A stretch of DNA of 64,000 nucleotides from an uncultured Acidobacteriota bacterium (GTDB lineage Bacteria > Acidobacteriota > UBA6911 > RPQK01 > JAPXNP01). Where the stretch lies: positions 352,001 through 416,000 of the forward strand of contig CAVZRV010000010.1 of the NCBI GenBank assembly GCA_963777605.1, given 5' to 3'. Below, in pieces: positions 30,122 to 42,680 of the stretch. The position numbers and the translations under genes are program-made. The notes below the pieces were generated by a model. That model did not search any database, was not told where the DNA came from, and was given only the letters and a program-made list of their open reading frames with translations. Numbering within the stretch: position 1 is the first letter of the stretch; each line of letters opens with the position of its first letter.

Positions 30122-31093
30122 TCACAGGAAACGACCCTGCACCATCTCCCCGGCCCCGGGATCGAGAATACTCCGCGCCCGCTCGACCTGGCTACGTCCA
30201 TCCGAAAAGTAGAGCGCAGTTCCGGGAACGTGATTGTCGAACAACCGCAACAAGGTCGCCGGCGGCACTCCGTTGCGGGCGGCGACGAAGGCCAGGAGGC
30301 TCCCGTAGGCCCTCGCCAGGTCCACGCGGCCATAGCTCGTGACCGGCTGTTCGACCAGGGTCATCCGCTGCACCTGTCCAAACGTGGCACCGCCCAGGGC
30401 AAGGTCTGCAAACGGAAGGAATTCGCAGGCGAACGTCCACACCGCAGGATCTTCCGGCATCGCCGCCAGACTCTCTACCGCGGCGCGCGCCGCCTCCCTC
30501 GAATAGACTCGGTATCCACTCTGGATATCCGGTTCGATGCCGCCCCAGAATCGCCGATCGATTACCCGGCCCTCACGGGCCAGGAGAAAATCGAGGAGAT
30601 CCAACAGGACCCGGTTGGTCAGTTGTTCCCACTCCTCCCGCAGCCAGCCCATCGGCTTGGCGAGAGAGGGTCTCGCACCCATCACCATGATCCGACGTTG
30701 TGCTGCCAGGCGGGAGATCTCCCGGGCCATGCTGACCAACCGCGGGAGATCCTCCAGGGCGTGGTCTCCGTCGCAATCCCGGGTCGCAATGTACTCCGCG
30801 TCGCTGGTCTCGACCAGGTGCCGAAGACCGGCCTGGATCGCCCCACCCTTGCCCCGATTCTCCTCCAGCCGGAAAAACGGAACCTCCAGCCTGCGCACGG
30901 CCGATTCCGTAATCGTTTCCCGGTCAACCACAACCAGCAACCGCTCGGGACGGCAGTAAACCTCTGAATCCTCGAGCACCGCCTCGAGAATGGAATGCAC
31001 GACTTCCGACCGGACATCGGGAGAGAAGTAGGCAGGCACGACTACCGCAGTCGATGCACGGACCTCATCCAGGGTCATCAAACGACGGCTCAT
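30122..31093 (-). CDS. GT2-like glycosyltransferase
   Basis: VVVPAY, NRGKGGAI, DCDGDH (DxD), DIQSGYRVY; GGAGGGG RBS before ATG 31093. Confidence 0.8.
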   Translation of the reverse strand: MSRRLMTLDEVRASTAVVVPAYFSPDVRSEVVHSILEAVLEDSEVYCRPERLLVVVDRETITESAVRRLEVPFFRLEENRGKGGAIQAGLRHLVETSDAEYIATRDCDGDHALEDLPRLVSMAREISRLAAQRRIMVMGARPSLAKPMGWLREEWEQLTNRVLLDLLDFLLAREGRVIDRRFWGGIEPDIQSGYRVYSREAARAAVESLAAMPEDPAVWTFACEFLPFADLALGGATFGQVQRMTLVEQPVTSYGRVDLARAYGSLLAFVAARNGVPPATLLRLFDNHVPGTALYFSDGRSQVERARSILDPGAGEMVQGRFL

Positions 31094-31121
31094 GCTCCCC
31101 TCCCCCGGGTCAGGGAAATTC

Positions 31122-32153
31122 TCAACTGTTGGCGGCTTCAACTTCCTTCAGGGCCGGTCTCGTGATTCCCATCGCGACCTTGACCTTCTCTTCGATCTCC
31201 TGGGCGACCTTGGGGTTCTCTTTCAGGTAGGTCTTACAATTTTCACGGCCCTGACCGAGCCGTTCCTGGCCATAGGAAAACCAGGATCCCGACTTGTCCA
31301 CGATCCGGTGTTGAACGGCGAGGTCGAGCAGTTCACCCTCGCGGGAGATCCCGTAGCCGAAAACGATGTCGAACTCGGCTTCCTTGAAGGGCGGCGCGAG
31401 TTTGTTCTTCACAACCTTAGCCTTGGTGCGGTTCCCAACGTTCTCCTCACCATCTCGAAGCGTTCCAATCCGCCTCACCTCAAGCCGTATCGAAGAGTAG
31501 AACTTCAGCGCGCGGCCACCGGTTGTCGTCTCTGGATTCCCGAACATCACGCCGATTTTCTCTCGCAGCTGGTTGATGAAGATCAGACAGGTATGCGACT
31601 TCGACACGATTCCAGTCAACTTCCGAAGGGCCTGAGACATCAGTCGTGCCTGTAGACCGACGTGAGAATCGCCCATCTCACCTTCGAGTTCCGCCCGCGG
31701 GACCAAGGCGGCCACCGAGTCCACGACCAGGATGTCGACCGCTCCGCTTCGCACCAGGACCTCGGCGATTTCGAGCGCCTGCTCTCCCGAGTCCGGTTGC
31801 GACACCAGCAGTTCGTCAATGTCCACGCCAAGGCGCCGGGCGTACTCGGCGTCCATGGCATGTTCGGCATCGATGAACGCCGCCGTACCGCCCGCCTTCT
31901 GGCCTTCAGCAATGGCATGAAGTGCCACCGTGGTCTTTCCACTCGACTCCGGTCCGTAGATCTCGACCACCCTTCCGCGAGGAAACCCGCCCACCCCGAG
32001 TACGGCATCCAGGGAGAGGGACCCGGACGAGATCGTCGGAACGTTGATCTCCCGGTCCCCGCCGAGTTTCATGATCGAACCCTTACCGAATTGCCGCTCT
32101 ATCTGGGAAAGCGCCAGCTCGATCGCCCGCTTTCTCTTGTCTGCTTCAGCCAT
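31122..32153 (-). CDS. recA: Recombinase RecA
   Basis: [42 protein letters not shown]. Confidence 0.98.
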   Translation of the reverse strand: MAEADKRKRAIELALSQIERQFGKGSIMKLGGDREINVPTISSGSLSLDAVLGVGGFPRGRVVEIYGPESSGKTTVALHAIAEGQKAGGTAAFIDAEHAMDAEYARRLGVDIDELLVSQPDSGEQALEIAEVLVRSGAVDILVVDSVAALVPRAELEGEMGDSHVGLQARLMSQALRKLTGIVSKSHTCLIFINQLREKIGVMFGNPETTTGGRALKFYSSIRLEVRRIGTLRDGEENVGNRTKAKVVKNKLAPPFKEAEFDIVFGYGISREGELLDLAVQHRIVDKSGSWFSYGQERLGQGRENCKTYLKENPKVAQEIEEKVKVAMGITRPALKEVEAANS

Positions 32154-32225
32154 TTCGAAATCCTTTCCTTTTAAGTATTTCAGTATATCGAACTGCCCTG
32201 AAAACACTTCTTCGTATTAACTAAC

Positions 32226-32240
32226 GAACGAGCTGCGAAC
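32226..32240 (-). promoter_or_regulatory. LexA (SOS) box, GTTC-N7-GTTC type
   Basis: Plus strand GAAC-gagctgc-GAAC about 75 bp upstream of the recA start; motif known for Acidobacteria and Alphaproteobacteria LexA. Confidence 0.75.
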
Positions 32241-32497
32241 ATTGACGGATCTCCCGGTCCGGCGGCAGTCGATCGAGTGGGCAGCGAGTTTCAGGTTCCG
32301 CGGCAACAGCCCCCCGCGCAGCGGAGACCACTCAAAGCGTGAAATTTGGTCCGAAGTGCCCAGGGCCGCGGCTTCACCTCACCCCCGGGTTCTGCGTGCA
32401 GCACCATCCTCTTGACCTCACCCTCTCCGGAGTTTGAACAGAGCACCAAAATACAATCCGTCGAGGTTCTCCAATTCATCCAGAACGAAGCTTCGCG

Positions 32498-34684
32498 TCA
32501 GGCGGAACTGATGCGTCTCCGACTGGCCTGGGATACCGCGCGGTCGACCTCCCGGACGCCTGATATTTTCTTGATGTGGCTCAGGATTCTTTGCAGGTGC
32601 TCGGTGTCCGCCACTTCCACCGTCATCTCGACCAGCCCCTCACCACCGTCAAGAAGGCGGGCTCGAGCGTCGATAATGTTCGCGTTGATCCCCGAAACGG
32701 CCGAAGTGATATCGGCAAGGATCCCTTTCCGGTCAATCGTGCTGATGGAGAGCCGCACCGGGTAACGGGCTCCCTCTCCGTCGTCGGTCCATTTCACCTC
32801 GACTTGCCGTTCCGGGTTAAGCAGCAGATTCTGCAGATTGGGACAATCCGCCGAGTGGACCGAGATCCCACGACCCACCGTGATGTAGCCCACGACCGGC
32901 TCTCCTTTGATCGGGTTGCAGCACCGGGCCCGGTAAACCAGCAGGTCGTCGTGCCCCTTTACCTGGATGGGCGAGTCTTTTCTCCGGAAAACCCGACGTA
33001 CGACTGACCCGATTACCGACGGGGCCTTTCCTTCCGCAGCCTCCGTTTCAGCCAGTTCCGGAACGAGCCGCGACAGCACTTGCCTGGCCGAGACCTTCCC
33101 CAACCCCACGTGGGCGATCACCTCTTCTCCACGAAGCAGGCCCAGCTGCGGAGCCAGTTCGTCGAGCTTTCCCTCAAACTTTTTGAAGCTCCGCTTGTAC
33201 TTCCGGAATTCCTTCTCGAGCAGCTTCCGGCCCAGTTCAGTCGATTCGTCTTTCTGACGCTGGTTCAGCCACCGTCGAATCGCCCCTCTCGCCCGCTGGG
33301 TCCGAACGATACCCAGCCAGTCCCGGCTCGGTCGCGCATCCGAAGAAGTCAGGATTTCAACAATCTCCCCGGTATTGAGCCGGTACTTGAGCGGAACGAT
33401 CCGCTGATTCACTTTCGCCCCGACACACTTGTGCCCAATCTCGGTGTGAACGTAGTAGGCAAAATCGAGGGCGGTCGCTCCCCTCGGCAGAGTCATTACC
33501 TCGCCCTTCGGCGTGAAGATGTACACTTCGTCGGGATAAAGGTCGATCTTCAGATTACTCAGGAACTGGTGGGGGTCTCGGACTTCCCTCTGCCACTCAA
33601 GCAGGTGACGCAGCCAGAGAAACCGCTTGTCGTCCTGGCCTTCCTGCAGCTTCCCTTCCTTGTACTTCCAGTGTGCCGCGATTCCTTCTTCCGCGACATT
33701 GTGCATCTCGTGCGTCCGAATCTGCACTTCAAACGGCTGGCCGACTTCACCCACTACGGTCGTGTGCAACGACTGGTACATGTTGTTCCGCGGCATTGCG
33801 ATGAAGTCCTTGATCCTCCCCGGAACCGGATTCCAGAGATTGTTTACGATCCCGAGTACCGTGTAGCAGTCACGAACCGAGTCCACCAGAACCCGAATCG
33901 CGATGAAGTCGTAAACCTGGTTCAAGCCGATCCGCTGCCGCCGCATCTTCTGGTAAATACTGTAGAGACGCTTGATTCGATCCTGAAGCTTCGCCTCGAT
34001 CCCCTGCTCTTTCAGGACCTCGTAAAGATGAGCCTTCACCTGCTGGACGAATTCCTCCGAAGCCGCCTTCTTAGCCGCCACTTCGTCCACCAACTTGTCA
34101 TGCGCCTCGGGGTCGAGGTAGCTGAACGCCAGGTCTTCGAGTTCTCCCCGAATACGAGCCATCCCAAGACGCAGGGCAATAGGGGCGTAAATATCGAGGG
34201 TTTCCTGGGCGATTCGCTTCTGCTTCTCAGGGGCAAGGTGCTGTAGCGTCCGCATGTTGTGCAGGCGGTCGGCCAGCTTCACCAGGATCACCCGGATGTC
34301 ATCGACCATCGCCAGCAACAATTTGCGGAAATTCTCCGCCTGCTGCTCTTCACGAGAGGAGAAACGAATCTTCCCTATCTTCGTCACGCCGTCGACCAGA
34401 TGCGCGATATCGCCGCCGAAGTACTCCCGGATGGTCTGAATGTTGGTGAAGGTGTCTTCCACCACGTCGTGCAGGAGGCCAACACTGACGCAGGCAACGT
34501 CCAGGCGCAGTTCCGCCAGGATGTTGGCAACCTCCAGCGGATGCGTCAGGTAGGGTTCGCCCGACTGTCTGACCTGGCCCTTGTGCTCACGGGCCGAAAA
34601 GATGTACGCCTTGCGGAGGAGGCTCAGATCAGCGTTCGGCTGATACTGAATGACCTTCTCCTCGAGATCTTCATAACGGATCAT
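32498..34684 (-). CDS. spoT: Bifunctional (p)ppGpp synthetase/hydrolase (RelA/SpoT)
   Basis: HD motif LLHDVVED, KLADRLHNMRTL, YQSLHT, EVQIRT, TGS and ACT domains. Confidence 0.95.
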   Translation of the reverse strand: MIRYEDLEEKVIQYQPNADLSLLRKAYIFSAREHKGQVRQSGEPYLTHPLEVANILAELRLDVACVSVGLLHDVVEDTFTNIQTIREYFGGDIAHLVDGVTKIGKIRFSSREEQQAENFRKLLLAMVDDIRVILVKLADRLHNMRTLQHLAPEKQKRIAQETLDIYAPIALRLGMARIRGELEDLAFSYLDPEAHDKLVDEVAAKKAASEEFVQQVKAHLYEVLKEQGIEAKLQDRIKRLYSIYQKMRRQRIGLNQVYDFIAIRVLVDSVRDCYTVLGIVNNLWNPVPGRIKDFIAMPRNNMYQSLHTTVVGEVGQPFEVQIRTHEMHNVAEEGIAAHWKYKEGKLQEGQDDKRFLWLRHLLEWQREVRDPHQFLSNLKIDLYPDEVYIFTPKGEVMTLPRGATALDFAYYVHTEIGHKCVGAKVNQRIVPLKYRLNTGEIVEILTSSDARPSRDWLGIVRTQRARGAIRRWLNQRQKDESTELGRKLLEKEFRKYKRSFKKFEGKLDELAPQLGLLRGEEVIAHVGLGKVSARQVLSRLVPELAETEAAEGKAPSVIGSVVRRVFRRKDSPIQVKGHDDLLVYRARCCNPIKGEPVVGYITVGRGISVHSADCPNLQNLLLNPERQVEVKWTDDGEGARYPVRLSISTIDRKGILADITSAVSGINANIIDARARLLDGGEGLVEMTVEVADTEHLQRILSHIKKISGVREVDRAVSQASRRRISSA

Positions 34685-34884
34685 TGCTGAATGACTTGCA
34701 GTTCCCCTGCCTCAAAAATTCTACCAAATGGCACGCCCTCCCGCGCCGCTGTCCGAACCAGCCCGGTCACAAGCCCGAACATCCCTGCGACTGAGCGACC
34801 AGGACAGATCTCGCCAACAAAAAAAGGAAGGCGGCACAAGACCGCCTTCCTTTCGCGAAACACAGATGACCGATTCCCGGCCGA

Positions 34885-35715
34885 CTATTGGCCCTCACTT
34901 TCGGACGCAGCCTTTTCGGACGCAGATTTCAAGAACTGACGTCTTTCCTGCTCGGCCCTGCGCTGCAATTCGCGCTTCTTCTCCAGAGCACCAAGGGCCA
35001 GTCTATCGGCCTCGCGCTCCCATTCTTTCTTCTCTTCTTCGTTCTCAGCCAGCTCGGCCCGCTCGCGATACATGAGGTTCAGGTACTCCATTGCATCGGT
35101 GTAGTCGGGATTCATTTCCAGCGCCTGTTTCAAGGACTGGATGCCCTCGTCCAAAAGCTGACTCAGAGAAGCTTTCTCCTCTTCCGTCAGGTTCGGGACG
35201 TTCTCGCCGTCCGTGCCGGTCTTATCATCGACCAGGTTGTAGTCGATCGTCGCGATCCCGTAAAGGGCCTGCGACTTGTCTTCCTGCATGCTTTGCAGTT
35301 TGCGATACCACTCCTTCGCCTGGTCCGGATTGTCCATGTTCCGGTAAATGTCGGCGATGTTGGCCATTGCGTTGACAGCCCTCTGCTGCGCATTGTCCGG
35401 GTCGAGTTCGATAACCTTCTCGAACGTGGTCACCGCCTCCTGCCCTTTGCGCAGGTTGTCCGGCGTGGTCACCATTGGGACAAATTCCGCCCGATAGGTC
35501 GTCGCCAGATACAGATAAGCGTCAATCAGAGTGGGGTCCTGCTCGATCGCCGCCTTGAACTCCTCCGTCGCAGCGTCGTAGTTCTTGGCAGAATAGGCCT
35601 TAACACCTTTATTTAAGTGATCCCGGGCTTTCAACTTCCCGACAAACTGACAGCCTGCCCCGCCAAACGTCAGCAGGAGCGTCCCCAGAACAATCAGCAA
35701 TTTCCTAGAATTCAT
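34885..35715 (-). CDS. TPR-repeat lipoprotein associated with TonB/ExbBD
   Basis: Lipobox-like GGAGC, TPR helices, GGAGG RBS. Confidence 0.8.
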   Translation of the reverse strand: MNSRKLLIVLGTLLLTFGGAGCQFVGKLKARDHLNKGVKAYSAKNYDAATEEFKAAIEQDPTLIDAYLYLATTYRAEFVPMVTTPDNLRKGQEAVTTFEKVIELDPDNAQQRAVNAMANIADIYRNMDNPDQAKEWYRKLQSMQEDKSQALYGIATIDYNLVDDKTGTDGENVPNLTEEEKASLSQLLDEGIQSLKQALEMNPDYTDAMEYLNLMYRERAELAENEEEKKEWEREADRLALGALEKKRELQRRAEQERRQFLKSASEKAASESEGQ

Positions 35716-35801
35716 GGATAAACCTCCATGCTCAACGCGGTCCCCTCCTTGAGTCGGCGAAGAGGCCGCGAAAATACGCGGCCTCAGGCGACCGCCGATT
35801 C

Positions 35802-36215
35802 TCACTCGATCATGAGCCCAACATCGCCAACTCCCGATCCCTTCGCAACATCGATCACGCGAATCACGTCACCAAACGGGAGATCTTCGTCGGCCTGGAC
35901 AAACATGTTCTTGTTCGCCCGCGCGCTGTAGATTTCAAACAACCGTGCGCCCAGACGATCCAGAGTGACCGGTTCCTGATTGATCGTCAACGATCCATTC
36001 GAGGCAATGCTGACCACAATGGCATCCGACTTAATGATGACGTCCTGCGGCATATCCTCGGGCATATCCTCGGGGACACGGGCCCGAAGGTCGTACTGGG
36101 TCGTCGGCTGAATGACCATAAAGATGATCAGGAGAACCAGGAGGATATCGATGTAAGGCGTAATGTTGATGTCAGACTTCGGCGCGGAGCCCGAACTCTT
36201 TGCTCCCATACCCAT
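35802..36215 (-). CDS. exbD: ExbD/TolR biopolymer transport protein
   Basis: INITPYIDILLVLLIIFMV. Confidence 0.92.
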   Translation of the reverse strand: MGMGAKSSGSAPKSDINITPYIDILLVLLIIFMVIQPTTQYDLRARVPEDMPEDMPQDVIIKSDAIVVSIASNGSLTINQEPVTLDRLGARLFEIYSARANKNMFVQADEDLPFGDVIRVIDVAKGSGVGDVGLMIE

Positions 36216-36658
36216 TACCGACTCCCCCCTTCTTCTCGTTCACGATCGACCAAAAGGCCGACCCTCTCCACTCCAACCTCGCGCGCGACATCCACGGCCT
36301 TTACAACAGAGCCGTAAGGGCTTGCCACATCGACACGAACAAACAACGGCCTGTCCGGCGCCTTCGCGTAGGCTTCCGAAATCTTGTCCAGCAGCATGGC
36401 CTCTCCAACCAGCTGCTTGTTGACATAGAACTCACTGGAGCGGGTAATGGTCACGATGGTCGAATCTTCAGCCTCCGCCTCAGCGGCTTCCTGGGCGTTC
36501 TTGGCCTGAGCCATATTGACCGCCACGCCCTGCTGGATCAGCGGTGTGGTGATCATGAAGATAATCAGGAGGACCAACATAACGTCCGCCATCGGCGTCA
36601 CGTTAATGTCGGAATTCATTCCAGTTACACTGGAGCCTCCTCCACCGCTAATTGCCAT
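36215..36658 (-). CDS. exbD: ExbD/TolR biopolymer transport protein (second paralog)
   Basis: INVTPMADVMLVLLIIFMI. Confidence 0.92.
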   Translation of the reverse strand: MAISGGGGSSVTGMNSDINVTPMADVMLVLLIIFMITTPLIQQGVAVNMAQAKNAQEAAEAEAEDSTIVTITRSSEFYVNKQLVGEAMLLDKISEAYAKAPDRPLFVRVDVASPYGSVVKAVDVAREVGVERVGLLVDREREEGGSR

Positions 36659-37325
36659 GTTTCTCTGACCTCCGTCTCAGGAAGTAGTCCACCAGTTCGG
36701 ATCCGGAATTGTCCATCTCAACGATGAACGACTCAATCTTACCGGTGAAATAGTTGTACATCCAGACAGCCGGGATTGCCACGAACAAACCGATTGCCGT
36801 AGCGACGAGAGCTTCTGAAATACCGCCTGCGACAGCCGCCAGACCGGTATCTTCACCAGCACTCATACCGGCGAACGCGTTAATAACACCGACGGTCGTC
36901 CCAAACAATCCAACGAAGGGAGCGGTTGACCCGATCGTTGCCAGGCCACCAAGACCCCGCTTAAAGTCTTCGATACCAATCGCCATGGCGCGCTGAATGG
37001 CGCGGCGCGAGGCCTCGATCGTCTCGCCGGGAATCGCATCCGGCCCCTTGTGAGCCCGGAATTCCTGCAGGCCGGCGTGAACCACCTTGGCCAAGTGACT
37101 CCGGTCATACTGCTCAGCCAGCTCGACAGCTTCTTCCAGATTGCCCTTCCCCAGAGCTTCTGCCACGGCAGGAGCGAACTCCTGCGACTGTTTTCGGGCT
37201 TTGCGGTATGAAAAGAACCTTTCAATCATCACACTGATTGACCAGATAGACATAATCCCCAGGATTATGACTACCACCTTTGCAAGGATGCCCATCTGCG
37301 CCCACATTTCGATGAAAGAACCCAT
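36648..37325 (-). CDS. exbB: MotA/TolQ/ExbB proton channel protein
   Basis: LATIGSTAPFVGLFGT, GISEALVATAIGLFVAIPA. Confidence 0.93.
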   Translation of the reverse strand: MGSFIEMWAQMGILAKVVVIILGIMSIWSISVMIERFFSYRKARKQSQEFAPAVAEALGKGNLEEAVELAEQYDRSHLAKVVHAGLQEFRAHKGPDAIPGETIEASRRAIQRAMAIGIEDFKRGLGGLATIGSTAPFVGLFGTTVGVINAFAGMSAGEDTGLAAVAGGISEALVATAIGLFVAIPAVWMYNYFTGKIESFIVEMDNSGSELVDYFLRRRSEKHGN

Positions 37326-37385
37326 AAGTTACCTCCCACTCAAGTAAGTGTTTCGCGAGTCACTATCTCGACAGTCTTTGATTAT

Positions 37386-38135
<750 letters not shown>

Positions 38136-38195
38136 TTAGGCACTCCCTTTCATCATGAAATTACACCCACTCCTTCTGTGCTAGCGCACTCGGGG

Positions 38196-38224
38196 ATATT
38201 ACTATCGGCTCCCCACTCAGTCAA
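38196..38224 (-). promoter_or_regulatory. Putative sigma70 promoter of the tonB operon
   Basis: TTGACT-N17-TAATAT on the minus strand. Confidence 0.5.
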
Positions 38225-38290
38225 GACTTCGTTTAACCTCAAAATCAACAGTTAACACGATTGTTTCCAACGTTTTGCAGTCAAAACTGA

Positions 38291-39463
38291 CTACCTCTTA
38301 CTCTTTTCGCGGTAATTCTGCCACCAGAGAACGATCGGGCTGGCAATAGCCACGGAGGAGTAAGTGCCGACGATAATACCGACCACCAGCGCAAAGGAGA
38401 AGCCGCTCAAGGCCTCTCCGCCCAGCATGAAGAGGGCAAAAACTGCCAGAAACGTCATTCCGGACGTCATGATCGTCCGATTCAACGTCTGGTTGATGCT
38501 CGCGTTGAAGACCGTCATCGGGTCGCTGCGACGCATCAGCTTCAGGTTTTCCCGCACTCGATCGAACACGACAATTGTGTCATTAATGGAATAGCCAACC
38601 AACGTCAGGAGCGCGGCAATCACGGTAAGGGAGATCTCTCTCCCGGTCAGGGAGAAGAAGCCTACCGTCAGAAACACGTCGTGAAACAGCGCGACGATGG
38701 CCGCTACGCCGTAAATTGGCCGAAACCGGAAAGCGATGTAAACCAGCATCCCCAGGAGGGAGAACAGCACGGCGTTCTGAGCACGGTCCCGAAGTTCCCG
38801 TCCCACCTTTGGACCGACACTTTCAACGCTCAGCACGGTGAAGGAACCGAGGTAGAAGTCCTCCTTGAGCTGCGTCAGAACGGCAGGTGGAAGATCGAGC
38901 TGGTCCAGCTCGCTGAAATCCTTGATGAGCCCGCTCTGACTGGCTCGAAACTGGGAGATTTTCCTGGCCAGCTCGCGAGTGTGATTCGCAAACTCGTCGA
39001 TCGACATCGTTTGTTGGAGCTTTTCCGGGTCTTTCTCCTGTAACCAGTTCGTCAGATCACTGACCGAGGAGTCGTTCAGGTCGAGCTTTCCGGCAGGCTG
39101 GTCGCTGTCAAACACTGCCTTGAGCGCCGCGGTAACCCGGTCGCCCTGCTCTCCCAGATTCTGGTTTTCCTCACTGTCCACCCGGGCCAACCGGATCTGG
39201 AGCTCGTTGGCTTCCGGCTCATCGAACCGCGTGACCTCCTGAGCGCCCAATTTCGCGTTGTCCAGGGTCGAACGGACCTTCTCCAGATCTGGAGTTTGCC
39301 GGAATTTGATGTAAACGAGGGTTCCTCCCGTAAAGTCGACGCCCAGATTAAACCCGAACGCGACCAACGAAAGTGTGGCCACGACACCGAGAACCAGCGA
39401 GACTCCGATGAAATACCACTTCTTCCCCAGCCAATCAATTTTGGGATTGCTGACTATGTCCAT
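38291..39463 (-). CDS. secF: Protein translocase subunit SecF
   Basis: GVDFTGG, VGPKVG, GYSINDTIVVFDRVRE. Confidence 0.95.
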   Translation of the reverse strand: MDIVSNPKIDWLGKKWYFIGVSLVLGVVATLSLVAFGFNLGVDFTGGTLVYIKFRQTPDLEKVRSTLDNAKLGAQEVTRFDEPEANELQIRLARVDSEENQNLGEQGDRVTAALKAVFDSDQPAGKLDLNDSSVSDLTNWLQEKDPEKLQQTMSIDEFANHTRELARKISQFRASQSGLIKDFSELDQLDLPPAVLTQLKEDFYLGSFTVLSVESVGPKVGRELRDRAQNAVLFSLLGMLVYIAFRFRPIYGVAAIVALFHDVFLTVGFFSLTGREISLTVIAALLTLVGYSINDTIVVFDRVRENLKLMRRSDPMTVFNASINQTLNRTIMTSGMTFLAVFALFMLGGEALSGFSFALVVGIIVGTYSSVAIASPIVLWWQNYREKSKR

Positions 39464-39523
39464 GAGATCTTGTCGCCTCGATCGTCGCTAATTTAGAAAC
39501 CCAAGGGATTGCTTTGTTCCCAA

Positions 39524-41107
39524 CTAGATGGATAGCTGCTGAACATCCCGATTCTGGAGCAAGAGATTGTAAAGCGTCCGGGATACGAACGTCGCCGTGA
39601 AAATATTGGCCAGCAGACCAACCGCCAGGGTCACCGCAAACCCCCGCACCGGCCCGGTACCGAACTGGAATAGAAAGAGCGCCGCTACGAGCGTGGTAAT
39701 GTTGGTATCCAAAATCGTCGAGAACACCCGCCCAAAGCCGGCGTCCACCGCCGCCCTCACCGTCTTGCCGTTACGCAACTCTTCCTTGATGCGCTCAAAT
39801 ATCAGGATGTTGGCGTCCACCGCCATACCAATCGTCAGGATGACACCGGCGATGCCGGGCAGCGTTAACGTGGCCCTGAAGTAGGCCAGCGCCCCCATCA
39901 GGATGAGCAGGTTGAGAGCGAGACAAACGATTGCGTTGATGCCCGACAATCGGTAGAAGACCAGCATGCCGATCACGACCAGGATCAACCCCAACAGCGA
40001 GGCATAAACTCCCCGCACGATGGAATCATGCCCCAGCGACGGGCCCACACTTCGCTCCTCAAGAATCCGAATATCGGCGGGCAGGGCACCCGACCTGAGC
40101 ACGAGAGCCAGGTCCTCGGCCTCTTCCGGAGTGAAGCTGCCCGTAATTCGGGCCGACTCACTGTCGATGCGCTCGTTGATGTTCGGAGCCGACCGAACGA
40201 CACCATCCAGCACGATGGCCAACTGGTTGCCCACGTTCTGGGCTGTCGTGTCGCTGAACTGCTGAACACCCTGCGAATTCAGGAAGAAGGAAACCTCTGC
40301 CTTTCCAGTGTACGGATCCTGGGACCGCCGGGCATTCTTCAACTGCTGCCCGGTGATGGCTGCGGCTTTCTTGACGACAAGGTACTGCGTCTGCCCGCCC
40401 GTCAACTGCCGATCCTGGTACGGAAGAATCTCGTACTCATCCGGAAGCTGGTTGTTGAACGCCGCCATGGCCGCGTCCCGGGTCGGGAACGGGCCCCGTT
40501 TGGCCGGATCGGGATAGGTCACCTTCAATTCAAGCCGGGCCGTGCTCTGGATCAACTCCTTGATACGCTCAAAATCCTCGACGCCCGGCAACTCGACGAT
40601 GATCTGGTCCTGGATGTCACCACTGCCGTAAACCGTGATCGTCGGCTCGGCAACACCGTACTGGTCGATTCGACGGGCGATGATTTCCCGTGCCTGGCGG
40701 ACTGACTGCTGCGCCAACTGCTTCCGATACGCGGTACTCATCTGGACCGAGTAGTCGGTCTTCCCTTCCCGCGTCTGGGTGGTGTAAGTCCAGGTCGGCT
40801 GATAGCCATCCAGGTACTCGTCGGCGGCCAACCTTGACTCCTGGGGGACACCCAGGACCTCAACTTTGCCGTCCGCAACCTTGATCTGATCAAAGGTTAC
40901 GTTGCGCTCCCGAAGGTCACGGTCCCAGCGCTCGCGGGCCTGATTGACTTCTTCGTTCAGAGCGTCCTCGGTCTCCACCTGGAGAACCATGTGAATTCCG
41001 CCCTGGAGGTCCAATCCCAGGTTGATCTTGTCCTTGTAAAGGAAGAAACCTGAAATCGCCGCAACCAGGGTAATAATCAGGACTCTGTATTGAAGCTTTC
41101 TCTTCAT
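39524..41107 (-). CDS. secD: Protein translocase subunit SecD
   Basis: LGLDLQGG, LRSGALPA, VGPSLG, GMAVDANILIFERIKEE. Confidence 0.96.
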   Translation of the reverse strand: MKRKLQYRVLIITLVAAISGFFLYKDKINLGLDLQGGIHMVLQVETEDALNEEVNQARERWDRDLRERNVTFDQIKVADGKVEVLGVPQESRLAADEYLDGYQPTWTYTTQTREGKTDYSVQMSTAYRKQLAQQSVRQAREIIARRIDQYGVAEPTITVYGSGDIQDQIIVELPGVEDFERIKELIQSTARLELKVTYPDPAKRGPFPTRDAAMAAFNNQLPDEYEILPYQDRQLTGGQTQYLVVKKAAAITGQQLKNARRSQDPYTGKAEVSFFLNSQGVQQFSDTTAQNVGNQLAIVLDGVVRSAPNINERIDSESARITGSFTPEEAEDLALVLRSGALPADIRILEERSVGPSLGHDSIVRGVYASLLGLILVVIGMLVFYRLSGINAIVCLALNLLILMGALAYFRATLTLPGIAGVILTIGMAVDANILIFERIKEELRNGKTVRAAVDAGFGRVFSTILDTNITTLVAALFLFQFGTGPVRGFAVTLAVGLLANIFTATFVSRTLYNLLLQNRDVQQLSI

Positions 41108-41148
41108 GATTGCCTGGCTGAATGACTGCTAATGGGAGCAGGACTCTG

Positions 41149-41472
41149 CTAGTTGCCCGCCTGGTCCTGAGACGGTGCCTGCAGAGAAGCAACCGCCGAC
41201 TTCGCAACTTCGATCTTCACCTGATCGGCCACCTTAAGGAACACCGTATTCTCGCGGAGGCCAGCGATGGTCCCATATACCCCCCCGTTGGTGATGACCT
41301 TGTCACCGTTCTTGAGTGCGGTGATCATTGTCTCGTGGCTCTTCTGCCGACGACGCATCGGTCGATAGATCAAAAGGTAGAAAATTCCGATTATCAGAAT
41401 AATGGGCAGGAAACTCGTCAACATGTTCGGAGCCGGCCCACTCTGTTGTGCTAAAAGAAAACCCATCGCCAT
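41149..41472 (-). CDS. yajC: Preprotein translocase subunit YajC
   Basis: FYLLIYRP, LKNGDKVITNGGVYG; between tgt and secD. Confidence 0.92.
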   Translation of the reverse strand: MAMGFLLAQQSGPAPNMLTSFLPIILIIGIFYLLIYRPMRRRQKSHETMITALKNGDKVITNGGVYGTIAGLRENTVFLKVADQVKIEVAKSAVASLQAPSQDQAGN

Positions 41473-41543
41473 TTTCGTCTGCATCCCCTGAAAAAGGAAA
41501 GGTGGAGTATAGCGCAAATTCCGATTCGGTCAAATATCCACCT

Positions 41544-42680
<1,137 letters not shown>

